A DNA stretch of 64,000 nucleotides from Candidatus Omnitrophota bacterium (GCA_030650425.1 JAUSED010000003.1:71903-135902), one strand, 5' to 3'; counted from the stretch's first letter, positions 28,711 to 38,051 are shown. Numbers and translations: made by a program. Notes: generated from the letters alone by a model not told the origin.

Positions 28711-29187
28711 ATGGGGAACATTTTTAGTGGGAGCGAAATAGTAGCAATCGGGATTCAGATTGAAAAAAACGGCCGCGATTTCTATAATGCGCTTGTCAGG
28801 CAATCGAATAACCAAAAGGCGAGAGAGGTCTTTAAATTCCTGGCAGGCGAAGAGGAGAAACATATAAAGGTATTCCAAGGTATATTGGATAAAACTGAAA
28901 AATTTGAACCTCAAGGTTTAGACGCTGATGATTATTTTGCCTATATGAGCGCTTTGGCAGGCGAGCATGTTTTTACCCAAAAAGAGAAGGGTGAGAAAAT
29001 AGCTAAGGATATTAAGAGTGATAAAGAAGCGATAGATAAAGCCATACGTTTTGAAGAGGATTCTATTGTTTTTTACGCGGGGATGAAAAAAATTGTCCCA
29101 GCGTATGACGTGAAGATAATCGAGGCCTTGATTATACAGGAAGAAGGCCATTTAAAACAGCTTATAGAGATGAAGAAGTTGATTTAG
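28711..29187 (+). CDS. Rubrerythrin-like ferritin-fold diiron protein (no rubredoxin domain)
   Basis: Two ExxH sites 'EEEKH' and 'EEGH' in a four-helix arrangement. Confidence 0.6.
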   Translation: MGNIFSGSEIVAIGIQIEKNGRDFYNALVRQSNNQKAREVFKFLAGEEEKHIKVFQGILDKTEKFEPQGLDADDYFAYMSALAGEHVFTQKEKGEKIAKDIKSDKEAIDKAIRFEEDSIVFYAGMKKIVPAYDVKIIEALIIQEEGHLKQLIEMKKLI

Positions 29188-29197
29188 AAAGGATAAT

Positions 29198-29434
29198 ATG
29201 GCTAAAAACGTAAATGTATACAGCACTCCGACTTGTCCATGGTGTGTAAGGGTTAAGCAGTTTTTAAAAGATAATAATGTTGTTTTCCAAGATTATGATG
29301 TCTCTATTGATCGAGCAAAGGGTGATGAAATGGCGCAAAAGTCCGGCCAGATGAGCGTGCCGGTAATTGATATCGAAGGCGAGATTATCGTCGGATTTGA
29401 TAAAGAGAGGATTAAAGCGGCATTGGGATTATGA
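29198..29434 (+). CDS. Glutaredoxin-like protein (CPWC active site)
   Basis: 'YSTPTCPWCVRVKQFL'; 78 aa thioredoxin fold. Confidence 0.7.
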   Translation: MAKNVNVYSTPTCPWCVRVKQFLKDNNVVFQDYDVSIDRAKGDEMAQKSGQMSVPVIDIEGEIIVGFDKERIKAALGL

Positions 29435-30339
29435 AAATTTACGATCTTATTATTGTGGGCGCGGGGCCGGCGGGGATTACCGCCAGCGTCTACGCCGCGC
29501 GCAAGAAAATGGATTTCTTGGTGATCACCGGAGATATCGGAGGCCAGACTGCTTGGAGCGGCGATATTGAAAATTATACCGGTTATCAATTTGTCACCGG
29601 GCCCGAATTAGTGCGTAAATTCGAAGAACATATGCGCAGCTACGATACCAGCGTCCGGGAAGGCGAGGGAGTAATCGCGGTGGAAAAGAGCGGAGAATTC
29701 ATTTTGGTCGAGACTAATAAGGGAGCCCAATATCAAGCTAAAACCGCGATCATTGCTTCGGGCAAACGCTCAAGAGAACTAGGCGTTCCGGGCGAAAAAG
29801 AATATAAAAATAAAGGGATTAGTTATTGCGCGACTTGCGACGGCCCGCTTTTTAACGGTAAAGCCGTGGCGATTATCGGCGGAGGGAATTCCGCTCTGGA
29901 CGCGTGCCTGCAATTAATCAGGATCGCCAAGTATGTATATATGGTCAATAACCTTCCTAAGCTGGGTGGCGATTCGATTATGCGCCAGAAAGTGGAAGAG
30001 GCAAAAAATGTTGAAATTCTGAATAATGCTAAAGTGGCTGCTATTTTGGGCGATAAAATGGTGAACGCTATTCAGGTAAATCACGAGGGAAAAGAAAGAA
30101 CACTTCAGGTAGAGGGAGTTTTTGTTGAGATTGGGTTAATTCCTAATTCGGATTTTGTTAAGGATGTGGAAAAAAACGCCTCAGGCGAAATTAAAATAAA
30201 TAACCATAACGAAACCAATATCCCCGGTATATTTGCCGCCGGAGACGTTACGGATGTCCCGGAGAAGCAGATCATCATTGCTGCTGGTGAGGGGTCAAAG
30301 GCCTGCCTTCGCGCTTTTCGTTATTTAGCTCAGCATTAA
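29431..30339 (+). CDS. trxB: Thioredoxin-disulfide reductase family flavoprotein
   Basis: 'IVGAGPAGITASVYAAR'; redox 'CATCDG'; 'GGGNSA'. Confidence 0.8.
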   Translation: MKIYDLIIVGAGPAGITASVYAARKKMDFLVITGDIGGQTAWSGDIENYTGYQFVTGPELVRKFEEHMRSYDTSVREGEGVIAVEKSGEFILVETNKGAQYQAKTAIIASGKRSRELGVPGEKEYKNKGISYCATCDGPLFNGKAVAIIGGGNSALDACLQLIRIAKYVYMVNNLPKLGGDSIMRQKVEEAKNVEILNNAKVAAILGDKMVNAIQVNHEGKERTLQVEGVFVEIGLIPNSDFVKDVEKNASGEIKINNHNETNIPGIFAAGDVTDVPEKQIIIAAGEGSKACLRAFRYLAQH

Positions 30340-30366
30340 ATGTTTACATAACCAAAGGAGGATTGA

Positions 30367-30588
30367 ATGCGTGATAGAGTTGAGAAAGCGTTAGAAAAGG
30401 TGCGGCCGATGCTTGAGGCTGATGGAGGGAATGTAGAACTAATCGATGTAACTGCTGATGGCGTGGTAAAATTAAAACTTAAGGGAAGTTGCGGCTGCTG
30501 TCCGATGAGTCAGATGACCTTAAAGATGGGGATCGAAAAGATTATTAAACAGGAAGTTCCCGAAGTAAAAGAGGTAGTGGCAATATAA
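30367..30588 (+). CDS. NifU-like (Nfu C-terminal domain) Fe-S scaffold/carrier protein
   Basis: 'GSCGCCPMSQMTLK' CxxC motif in a 73-aa protein. Confidence 0.75.
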   Translation: MRDRVEKALEKVRPMLEADGGNVELIDVTADGVVKLKLKGSCGCCPMSQMTLKMGIEKIIKQEVPEVKEVVAI

Positions 30589-30608
30589 GTAGTGAATAGT
30601 GGGGAAAG

Positions 30609-31415
30609 ATGGGAGTGGAGAAAAAATTAGTTAGGCTTAAGCAGATAATTTTAGAAGCTGATTCCTGTCTGATTGCCTTTTCAGGCGGAGCAGATAGCGC
30701 GTTTTTACTCAAAATCACTTCTTTGATACTGCCAAAGAATAAAATTATCGCGGTTACGGCAAATTCCGCGACTTACCCTAAAGAAGAATTAACATCTGCC
30801 AAGAAAATAGCGGCAGGTTTTGGCGTAAGGCATAAGATAATCAATACGTTTGAATTAAATGATCGAAGATTTGTTTCCAATCCCATCAATCGCTGCTATT
30901 TTTGCAAGAAAGAGCTTTTTACGCGGTTAAAAAAAATAGCCGGGGAAAATAAGCTTAAATTTGTCTTTGACGCCAGCAATGTTTCGGATAAATCCGATTT
31001 TCGTCCGGGAGCAAAGGCAAAAAACGAATTAGGTGTGCGTTCTCCGTTGCAGGAAGCAGGCATCACCAAGCAAGAGGTGCGTATTTTAAGCAAAAAGCTG
31101 GGTTTAAGCACATGGGATAAGCCCAGCTTAGCCTGTCTTGCCTCGCGCATTCCCTATGGAACAAAAATTTCTCAGCCTATCTTGGAGCGGATTAATCAGG
31201 CCGAGGTGGTTTTACGAGGATTGGGGTTTAGCCAATCAAGAGTCAGGCATTATCACGGGCTTTGCCGGATAGAAGTCCCGAAAAAAGATATTGCCGGATT
31301 GATCAAACGGGGCCAAGGCCTAATCGACAAATTTAAAAAGTTGGGCTATAATTATATTACGGTGGATTTGGAAGGATACCGCACCGGCAGCCTAAACGAG
31401 GTGATTGGAAAATGA
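30609..31415 (+). CDS. TIGR00268/LarE-like PP-loop ATP pyrophosphatase (putative sulfur transferase)
   Basis: 'AFSGGADSAFLL' PP-loop; 'CYFCKKELF'. Confidence 0.6.
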   Translation: MGVEKKLVRLKQIILEADSCLIAFSGGADSAFLLKITSLILPKNKIIAVTANSATYPKEELTSAKKIAAGFGVRHKIINTFELNDRRFVSNPINRCYFCKKELFTRLKKIAGENKLKFVFDASNVSDKSDFRPGAKAKNELGVRSPLQEAGITKQEVRILSKKLGLSTWDKPSLACLASRIPYGTKISQPILERINQAEVVLRGLGFSQSRVRHYHGLCRIEVPKKDIAGLIKRGQGLIDKFKKLGYNYITVDLEGYRTGSLNEVIGK

Positions 31416-32575
31416 AAAATATTTATTTAGATTACGCGGCAACTGCTCCTTGCGATCCCGAAGTACTTAAGGCGATGGAGCCTTATTTCTTTGAGAGGTT
31501 TGGCAATGCTTCCAGTCTGCACGCTTTCGGCCAAGAAGCAAAAAAAGCGCTTGAGGATAGCCGCGAACAAACGGCTGAGTTTTTAGGGGCAAAGCCCGAA
31601 GAAATTATTTTTACTTCCGGAGGATCAGAATCAGATAATCATGTAATTTTTGGCGTAAGCGAGGCTTTAGCCGCTAAAGGTAACCATATTATCACTTCTA
31701 GCATAGAGCACCACGCGATCCTGGAACCTTGCAAGGCGTTGGAGAAAAAAGGATTTAAAGTTACCTATGTTGGCGTAGATAAAGAAGGGTTAGTCTCTCC
31801 TGATGCGATTAAGCAGGCGATCACCGATAAAACAATCCTTATTTCTGTCATGCAGGCGAATAATGAAATCGGCACCATTCAGCCGATCGCCCAAATCGGT
31901 AAAATCGCCAAAGAAAAAGGAATCTATTTTCATACCGACGCTGTACAGACAGTCGGCCACATTCCGGTAAATGTTGATGATTTGAATGTTGACCTTTTAT
32001 CACTCTCAGCGCACAAATTTTATGGGCCAAAGGGTGTAGGTGCCTTGTATGTCAGAAAAGGGACACGCATAAGCAGATTCTTATACGGCGGAGATCAGGA
32101 GAGAGGAAGGCGCGCCTCGACCAGTAATATTTCCGGAATAGCCGGTTTGGGTAAGGCTATAGATTTATGCGCTAAGACGATGGATAAGGAGGCTAAGCTT
32201 TTAATATCTCTACGCGATAAGTTAATCAAAGAGATACCCGTAAAAATCCCGGAAGTCCGGCTTAATGGGCATCCTACTCAGCGGCTTCCCAATAATGTTA
32301 ATTTTTCCATAAAATATATCGAGGGAGAATCCATGCTTTTAAGCTTAGATATGCTGGGTTTAGCCCTTTCTACGGGCTCAGCCTGCACCTCCAGTTCCCT
32401 AGAGCCTTCACATGTGCTTTTAGCTATTGGTTTAGATCACGCTACTGCCCACGGATCATTAAGGATTACTACGGGCAGATGGACTAAAGAATCTGATATT
32501 CAATATTTATTGGAAAACCTGCCTAAGGTGGCCGAGAAACTGCGCGCGATGTCTCCCCTCTACGAAAAGAAATGA
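31412..32575 (+). CDS. nifS: Cysteine desulfurase (NifS/IscS-type, class V aminotransferase)
   Basis: 'LSLSAHKFYGPKGVGALYV' PLP lysine; catalytic loop 'STGSACTSSSLEPSHVL'. Confidence 0.85.
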   Translation: MKNIYLDYAATAPCDPEVLKAMEPYFFERFGNASSLHAFGQEAKKALEDSREQTAEFLGAKPEEIIFTSGGSESDNHVIFGVSEALAAKGNHIITSSIEHHAILEPCKALEKKGFKVTYVGVDKEGLVSPDAIKQAITDKTILISVMQANNEIGTIQPIAQIGKIAKEKGIYFHTDAVQTVGHIPVNVDDLNVDLLSLSAHKFYGPKGVGALYVRKGTRISRFLYGGDQERGRRASTSNISGIAGLGKAIDLCAKTMDKEAKLLISLRDKLIKEIPVKIPEVRLNGHPTQRLPNNVNFSIKYIEGESMLLSLDMLGLALSTGSACTSSSLEPSHVLLAIGLDHATAHGSLRITTGRWTKESDIQYLLENLPKVAEKLRAMSPLYEKK

Positions 32576-33540
32576 GCGATTTAGTTCCTGATAAAATCTT
32601 AAGCCTCTTAAAGAAAAAAGAGAGTTACATCTCCGGCGAGGATATCAGCGCCCAGCTAAACATAAGCCGTCAGGCGCTCTGGAAACATATCCAAGATTTA
32701 AAAGATAGCGGCTATACCATCGAGGCAGTCCCTCACTTAGGTTATCGCCTTGAAGCAAGCCCTGATAGGTTGTTTGAGTTTGAGGTTTCGCGGGGCCTAA
32801 ACACCAAAACTTTAGGCAAGAAATTATTTTATTTCGATACCTTAACTTCTACCATAGATATGGCGATGGATCTGGGGGTAAAAGGCGCCTCAAGCGGAAC
32901 GCTGGTTTTGGCTGAGTCGCAGACCAAAGGTAAAGGCAGATTAGGCCGGAGTTGGTTCTCTCCTAAATATAAAGGCCTCTATATATCTTTAATTCTACGG
33001 CCGGATATGCTCCCTACGCAGGCGCCTATCCTGACTTTACTTACCGCGGTGAGTATTTGCGAGGCGATTAAAGTTGTTTCCGGTCTGGATACCCGGATCA
33101 AATGGCCGAATGATATCTTAATCAACAATAAGAAACTTTGCGGCATACTCACACAGGTAGTTTCCGAAACAGATAAAATAGATTTCGTGATTATTAGCGC
33201 CGGGGTAAATGTGAATAACGATAAGAAGGCCTTAACCGCTACAGCTACTTCTCTAAAAGAACACAAAAAAGAAGAGATATGCCGGGTGAGCCTACTGCAG
33301 GAGATATTGCGCAGGTTGGAAGAGAATTATTTAGTTTTGGAGAAGAAGGGCGCTGGGCAAATTCTGGAAAAGTGGCGTCAGCATAACACGACTTTAGGCA
33401 GGAGGGTTAAGGTGTACTGTCAGCATAAGCATAACGAAGGAGAGGCGTTGGATATAGATAGTGACGGTGGACTCTTGCTGAGAAAAGATAACGGCCTCAT
33501 TGAAAAGGTGATGGCCGGAGATGTGGTACATTGTAGATAA
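32572..33540 (+). CDS. birA: Bifunctional biotin-[acetyl-CoA-carboxylase] ligase / biotin operon repressor
   Basis: N-terminal HTH; 'KGKGRLGRSWFSP' BPL motif. Confidence 0.85.
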   Translation: MSDLVPDKILSLLKKKESYISGEDISAQLNISRQALWKHIQDLKDSGYTIEAVPHLGYRLEASPDRLFEFEVSRGLNTKTLGKKLFYFDTLTSTIDMAMDLGVKGASSGTLVLAESQTKGKGRLGRSWFSPKYKGLYISLILRPDMLPTQAPILTLLTAVSICEAIKVVSGLDTRIKWPNDILINNKKLCGILTQVVSETDKIDFVIISAGVNVNNDKKALTATATSLKEHKKEEICRVSLLQEILRRLEENYLVLEKKGAGQILEKWRQHNTTLGRRVKVYCQHKHNEGEALDIDSDGGLLLRKDNGLIEKVMAGDVVHCR

Positions 33541-33588
33541 AAAAGCCTTGTTATCTGAAGCAATAAGTGTTATAATTGTATCAGATAT

Positions 33589-33617
33589 TGAAGCGATTAA
33601 TAGGCTTAATCGCTTCA
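33589..33617 (+). promoter_or_regulatory. Perfect 12-bp inverted repeat TGAAGCGATTAA-N5-TTAATCGCTTCA (operator or terminator) preceded by a TATAAT box
   Basis: Read directly; lies between a candidate -10 (33571-33576) and the fic SD. Confidence 0.45.
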
Positions 33618-33632
33618 GGAGGGAATAGCTGG

Positions 33633-34754
33633 ATGAAATACATTTGGGAAGGTAAAAATTGGTTTGATTTTAAATATGACAATGCGGCTTTGCTCGAGCC
33701 TTTAAGCAAGTTACGAGTGTTACAGGGGAAATTATTGGGCCGCGCCGCGTCTCTTGACCTTAAGCTTGAAGCCGAGGCTCAGGGCGCTATTTTGGTGGAA
33801 GAGGCGGTCAGGACTGCTGAAATTGAGGGCCAGAAGCTCAAACGTGACGCAGTCCGTTCTTCGGTAGCGGCCAGACTTGGTTTGCCGGATGGAGTGGGCA
33901 TACGCGACAGGAACGTTGATGGCTTGGTAGATGTTTTGTTGGATGCTGTCCGTTTTCATGATAAGTCTTTGACTCTGGAGCGGCTCAATGGCTGGCAGGC
34001 CGCCTTATTTCCCACCGGCTATTCAGGCTTAAGGAAAATTACTATTGGAAAACTTAGGGGAAACGAACCTATGCGAATAGTATCCGGGCCATTAGGTAAA
34101 GAAAAGGTGCATTTTGAAGCGCTGCCAAAGGATCGCCTTGATCAAGAGATGCGGCTTTTTTTGCAATGGTGGAATTCATCATTAGGCAGCATGGATGGTA
34201 TCTTACGCGCGGCAGCTGTTCATTTACGCTTTTTGACTATTCATCCATACGAAGATGGCAATGGCCGCCTGGGAAGGGCTTTAACGGATATGGCTCTGGC
34301 GCAGGATGAGAAATTAAAAGTCAGGTTTTACAGCGTCTCTTCAGAGATTATGCGTATGAAGGGAGGGTATTATAAAATCCTTGAGGATACGCAAAGATGC
34401 CGCGTTGATCCAACGGAATGGTTCCTATGGTTTATTAAATGTGTTACGGCATCCATTGAGCATTCCAGAGAGATGATTGCCAATGTATTTACGCGCGTTG
34501 ATTTCTGGAATCAACACGCGCAAACAGAGCTTAATGAGCGTCAGAAAAAAGTTATAAATCGTATTTTGGAAGCTGGTCCCGGTAATTTTGTTGGCGGCTT
34601 GACAACGCGTAAATATGTGAGTATGGCTAAGACAAGCCGGGCTACGGCATTTCGTGAAATTACAGATCTGCTTGATAAGAAAATCCTGCGGCAATTGTCC
34701 GGTAAAGGCCGAAGTGTGCATTATGATTTAGTCTGGCCGAAGATGGCTCAGTAA
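33633..34754 (+). CDS. Fic/DOC family protein (AMPylator-type, DUF4172 N-terminus)
   Basis: 'HPYEDGNGRLGRAL' Fic motif; typical 'MKYIWEGKNWFDF' start; start trimmed from 33576. Confidence 0.8.
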   Translation: MKYIWEGKNWFDFKYDNAALLEPLSKLRVLQGKLLGRAASLDLKLEAEAQGAILVEEAVRTAEIEGQKLKRDAVRSSVAARLGLPDGVGIRDRNVDGLVDVLLDAVRFHDKSLTLERLNGWQAALFPTGYSGLRKITIGKLRGNEPMRIVSGPLGKEKVHFEALPKDRLDQEMRLFLQWWNSSLGSMDGILRAAAVHLRFLTIHPYEDGNGRLGRALTDMALAQDEKLKVRFYSVSSEIMRMKGGYYKILEDTQRCRVDPTEWFLWFIKCVTASIEHSREMIANVFTRVDFWNQHAQTELNERQKKVINRILEAGPGNFVGGLTTRKYVSMAKTSRATAFREITDLLDKKILRQLSGKGRSVHYDLVWPKMAQ

Positions 34755-34830
34755 TTAGCCCAAAAAAAGTCCCCATTTTTTTCCTTGTAGATATACAGCT
34801 TGGATGTATAATAAAATCGAGGTGATAAGA

Positions 34831-35019
34831 ATGGTTCAGACATTAATAAAAGACAGTGGTTATGAAGGAAAATATGTAGCTTTAAAGAGTTTTGAGGACT
34901 CTACTGTTATTAGCTACGGAAGCACTCCCGCGGAAGCTTACGAAAAAGCTGTGGGAAAAGGATTTGCTAAGCCCGTATTGGTATTTGTACCCCTAAAAGA
35001 TATGGTACAAATTTATTAA
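34831..35019 (+). CDS. Small protein (62 aa) partnered with retropepsin-like protease (DUF5678-like; tentative)
   Basis: SD 'gaggtga'; promoter TTGTAG-16-TATAAT at 34785-34812; ATGG overlap with the downstream gene. Confidence 0.4.
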   Translation: MVQTLIKDSGYEGKYVALKSFEDSTVISYGSTPAEAYEKAVGKGFAKPVLVFVPLKDMVQIY

Positions 35020-35426
35020 TGGAAATAGCAAGCATACCTTTTAGAAAGTTTGGGCCAAACGACATCCCGAGGCCATGGCTGCCCATTACTATTATAAATC
35101 CCCACGCGGATAAAGAAATCGAAGTATATGGCTTGATTGATACTGGCGCCGATGAATGCGCTTTACCGGCTCAATACGCGCCTCTTATTGGCCATAATTT
35201 GCAGGCAGGTTATCCCAAAGAAATTAATACAGGAAATGGAAAGACATTGGCTTATTCTCATACAATATGTTTAGAAATCCAGGATTTTACAATCAAAGAT
35301 GTTTTGATAGATTTCATGCCTAATCTTTCTGTGCCGCTCTTGGGCACAAAGAGCTTTCTTAGTAATTTTATGCTTACCATAGATTATCCAAATTCTACTT
35401 TTTCAATTATTAAAAGTAAATCGTAG
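35019..35426 (+). CDS. Retropepsin-like (clan AA) aspartic protease domain protein
   Basis: 'LIDTGADECALP' D-T-G-A catalytic motif; 135 aa. Confidence 0.65.
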   Translation: MEIASIPFRKFGPNDIPRPWLPITIINPHADKEIEVYGLIDTGADECALPAQYAPLIGHNLQAGYPKEINTGNGKTLAYSHTICLEIQDFTIKDVLIDFMPNLSVPLLGTKSFLSNFMLTIDYPNSTFSIIKSKS

Positions 35427-35612
35427 AAATAAAATTTTAACTATCCTTCAGGCCGGCGCCTTAAAGAACTAATTGCCGCTTGTGTGCAAAAGAAGGAGAT
35501 TAGCGGATATCTGCAAGTTGGAAGAAGAGAACGCTTATGATACTGAGCCGGAGATGAAGGAGGCATTGGTATTTGTGGATACGGTGAGCTAAAATATACA
35601 TAGATGAGGAAA

Positions 35613-35640
35613 AAATGGGGACAGTCCCCATTTTTTAAGG
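35613..35640. terminator. Bidirectional intrinsic terminator (A-run, TGGGGA-CAG-TCCCCA, T-run)
   Basis: Read directly: 6-bp GC-rich stem flanked by A6 and T6. Confidence 0.55.
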
Positions 35641-35672
35641 TACGGTGTAATAAAAAATATCCTATATTTCGG

Positions 35673-35700
35673 TTGACAAATCCGGAATTTAAGGTATACT
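35673..35700 (+). promoter_or_regulatory. csp promoter TTGACA-16-TATACT
   Basis: Consensus -35 and near-consensus -10 about 125 nt upstream of the cspA ATG (long 5'UTR typical of csp genes). Confidence 0.55.
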
Positions 35701-35736
35701 TAATTCCAATGGTAATAAGGTGGTAGAAGTCTTGAA

Positions 35737-35774
35737 CCGTAAGGAGAAAGAGCGACACGCCTTACGGTTTTTTT
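35737..35774 (+). terminator. Intrinsic terminator-like hairpin inside the csp 5'UTR (possible attenuator)
   Basis: 'ccgtaagg-15nt-ccttacgg' followed by T7, located between the promoter and the SD. Confidence 0.5.
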
Positions 35775-35823
35775 CTACACGGCCGAATTACCAAAATTTA
35801 AGAAGGAAGGAGGAATTGCAGTA

Positions 35824-36024
35824 ATGGCAAAAGGTAAAGTAAAGTGGTTTTCCAACCAGAAAGGTTATGGATTTATTACTCCTGAGAATGGCAGCGATGT
35901 GTTCGTGCATCATACAGCTATACAGGGTGATGGCTATAAGACTTTAGAAGAGGGCCAGGAAGTTGAGTTTGAAATTGAAAAAGGTCCGAAGGGCGAGCAA
36001 GCTACAAAAGTAAACAAGTTATAA
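35824..36024 (+). CDS. cspA: Cold-shock protein (CspA family)
   Basis: '[32 protein letters not shown]' RNP1/RNP2 motifs; SD GGAAGGAGG. Confidence 0.95.
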   Translation: MAKGKVKWFSNQKGYGFITPENGSDVFVHHTAIQGDGYKTLEEGQEVEFEIEKGPKGEQATKVNKL

Positions 36025-36042
36025 CCTAAAGAAGAAAAAAAT

Positions 36043-36079
36043 GGGGACGGTTCTATTTTTTAGAACCGTCCCTTTTTTT
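36043..36079. terminator. Bidirectional intrinsic terminator; stem identical to the TIRs of repeat copy C
   Basis: A7-'ggggacggttcta ttttt tagaaccgtccc'-T7. Confidence 0.7.
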
Positions 36080-36080
36080 C

Positions 36081-36239
36081 TTGATTTTCTCCAAAAAAAT
36101 GCTATTATAAGTAATGTAAATCAGTTCCGAGTTTAAAGGTGGGTCTGGATTTACTGATGGTTCAGTAGAATAACGAGAAACCTTTGTTAGCCGGTTTTGT
36201 TGGCTAATAAAGGTTTCTCTTTTTTATAGAGGTTATCCG
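36081..36239 (+). promoter_or_regulatory. Promoter (TTGATT-16-TATTAT) plus ~110-nt structured leader ending in an intrinsic terminator directly abutting the Ehr operon SD; candidate riboswitch/attenuator or sRNA
   Basis: Terminator 'gagaaacctttgttagcc-ggttttgtt-ggctaataaaggtttctc-T6' at 36175-36225, then 'atagagg' SD and the GTG at 36240. Confidence 0.3.
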
Positions 36240-38051
36240 GTGCAAATGATTGATCCTCTGGCATTATTTTTTCTTGCCGTAATTTTTATTGTTTCCCTGC
36301 CGTCAGCTATTTACTCCCTTGGTTACCTAAAGAACGAATATTCATCTGCCAAAATAACGCTTGCCTGGGTTTTGTTGGTTGCCTTTGTTTTATCCATGGC
36401 CTTGGTAGTCAGCGTAAGCAACGTTTTGGTTTTTCTTGTGTTTTGGGAGATTATGTCTTTGCTCTCCTATTTTCTGGTCGTCTTTGATACAAAACATGAG
36501 AAATCTATCCAAGCGGGAATGATTTACATTGTGATGACGCATATCGGCACCGCTTTTTTGATCGCCGCGTTTCTCTTAATGTATAAATACGCGCATTCCT
36601 TTGATTTCCTCGCCATAAAGAGCGCCTGCCTGAGTATGCCTGCTCAAACTAGAAATATTGTGTTTTTATTACTCTTGGTTGGTTTCGGTACTAAAGCCGG
36701 AATCGTGCCTTTGCATGTCTGGCTGCCCTATGCCCATCCGCAAGCTCCCAGCCATATTTCAAGTATTATGTCGGGAGTAATGATCAAAACTGCCATTTAT
36801 GGAATTATCCGGTTCGTAATATTTATACTGGGCGCAGGCTCTTCTTGGTGGGGGATATTAATTATAATCCTTGCCTTAATCTCTTGCCTGGTGGGCATTA
36901 TTTACGCGCTGATGGAGCGCGATATTAAAAAGCTGCTTGCCTATTCTAGTGTTGAGAATATGGGAATAATTTTATTAGGAGTAGGGCTTGCCCTCTTTTT
37001 CCAGAGCGTAAATATGCCTTATCTTGCGGTGTTTTCTCTAATCGCAGGATTATATCATTTAGTCAATCACGCGATTTTTAAGGGCCTGCTCTTTTTATGC
37101 GCCGGCAGCGTATATAAAGCTAGCGGGACACGGGATATCGAAAAATTAGGGGGGTTAATTAAGCAAATGCCATTGACAGCGGGATTTTTTCTCTTTGGCG
37201 CGATGGCTATTTCCGGCCTCCCGCCCTTAAACGGCTTTGTGAGTGAATGGCTGACTTTACAGGCCTTCTTTTTAGGGGCTTTTAATACAATAGGAGGAGT
37301 CAAACTTTTTTTAGGGATTTGCGCCGGCCTCTTGGCTTTAACCGGCGGTTTGGCCGCGGCTTGTTTTGTGAAAGCTTTTGGCTTAACTTTCCTCGCGCTT
37401 CCCAGAAGCCATTACGCTAAAGAGGCGCGGGAGGTTGCTTTATCGATGAAGCTGGGGATGTTTTGCTTAGCGCTTCTCGTGCTTATCTTCGGTTTAGCCG
37501 CAGCGATAATTATGAAATTACTGGCCAGAGTTGCAGGCGCGGCATGCGGCATTGATATAGGTAATATGGCATTCTTTTTAAATAATTTCACCCTTAGCCC
37601 GCAGGTGGGCAGGGGTATTTATCTTTCTGTGCCTTTACTGGCGATCTGGCTGATTGTTTTGGGAGTTCTTGGTTTTGCTATCTATAAGCTATTTTGGAAA
37701 GGTAAGTCAGTAATTTATAAAACTTGGGATTGCGGTTATTATAATATGGACTCGCGTAACGAATACACCGCGACTGCTTTTTCCAAGCCCTTTAGGATTG
37801 CCTTTAGTTTCTTTTTGCTCCCTTACCGCAAAACCCAGAAGATTAGAGACTCATTTTATCACGTTAAATCTTTTGCTTATGAAACGCATACGACCCTGAT
37901 TTTTAAAAAATATATCTATGATCCGGCAATTGCCTTAGTTTTAACTACAGCTAAGGCGATGAGGAGGATTCAACCGGGTAGTATCCACCTGTATTTAGGT
38001 TATATTTTTATCACCTTATTATTGTTAATTATCTTTATACACCAATTCTAA
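36240..38051 (+). CDS. EhrA-like antiporter-type membrane subunit (NuoL/MrpA/HyfB family)
   Basis: 603 aa, ~16 TM, conserved 'WLPDAH'-type motif 'WLPYAHPQAPSHIS'. Confidence 0.7.
   Translation: MQMIDPLALFFLAVIFIVSLPSAIYSLGYLKNEYSSAKITLAWVLLVAFVLSMALVVSVSNVLVFLVFWEIMSLLSYFLVVFDTKHEKSIQAGMIYIVMTHIGTAFLIAAFLLMYKYAHSFDFLAIKSACLSMPAQTRNIVFLLLLVGFGTKAGIVPLHVWLPYAHPQAPSHISSIMSGVMIKTAIYGIIRFVIFILGAGSSWWGILIIILALISCLVGIIYALMERDIKKLLAYSSVENMGIILLGVGLALFFQSVNMPYLAVFSLIAGLYHLVNHAIFKGLLFLCAGSVYKASGTRDIEKLGGLIKQMPLTAGFFLFGAMAISGLPPLNGFVSEWLTLQAFFLGAFNTIGGVKLFLGICAGLLALTGGLAAACFVKAFGLTFLALPRSHYAKEAREVALSMKLGMFCLALLVLIFGLAAAIIMKLLARVAGAACGIDIGNMAFFLNNFTLSPQVGRGIYLSVPLLAIWLIVLGVLGFAIYKLFWKGKSVIYKTWDCGYYNMDSRNEYTATAFSKPFRIAFSFFLLPYRKTQKIRDSFYHVKSFAYETHTTLIFKKYIYDPAIALVLTTAKAMRRIQPGSIHLYLGYIFITLLLLIIFIHQF

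Noticed and set aside
35441-35758. 105-aa minus-strand ORF
   Set aside because: It spans the csp promoter, a bidirectional terminator and the csp attenuator. It is a low-complexity translation with no RBS.
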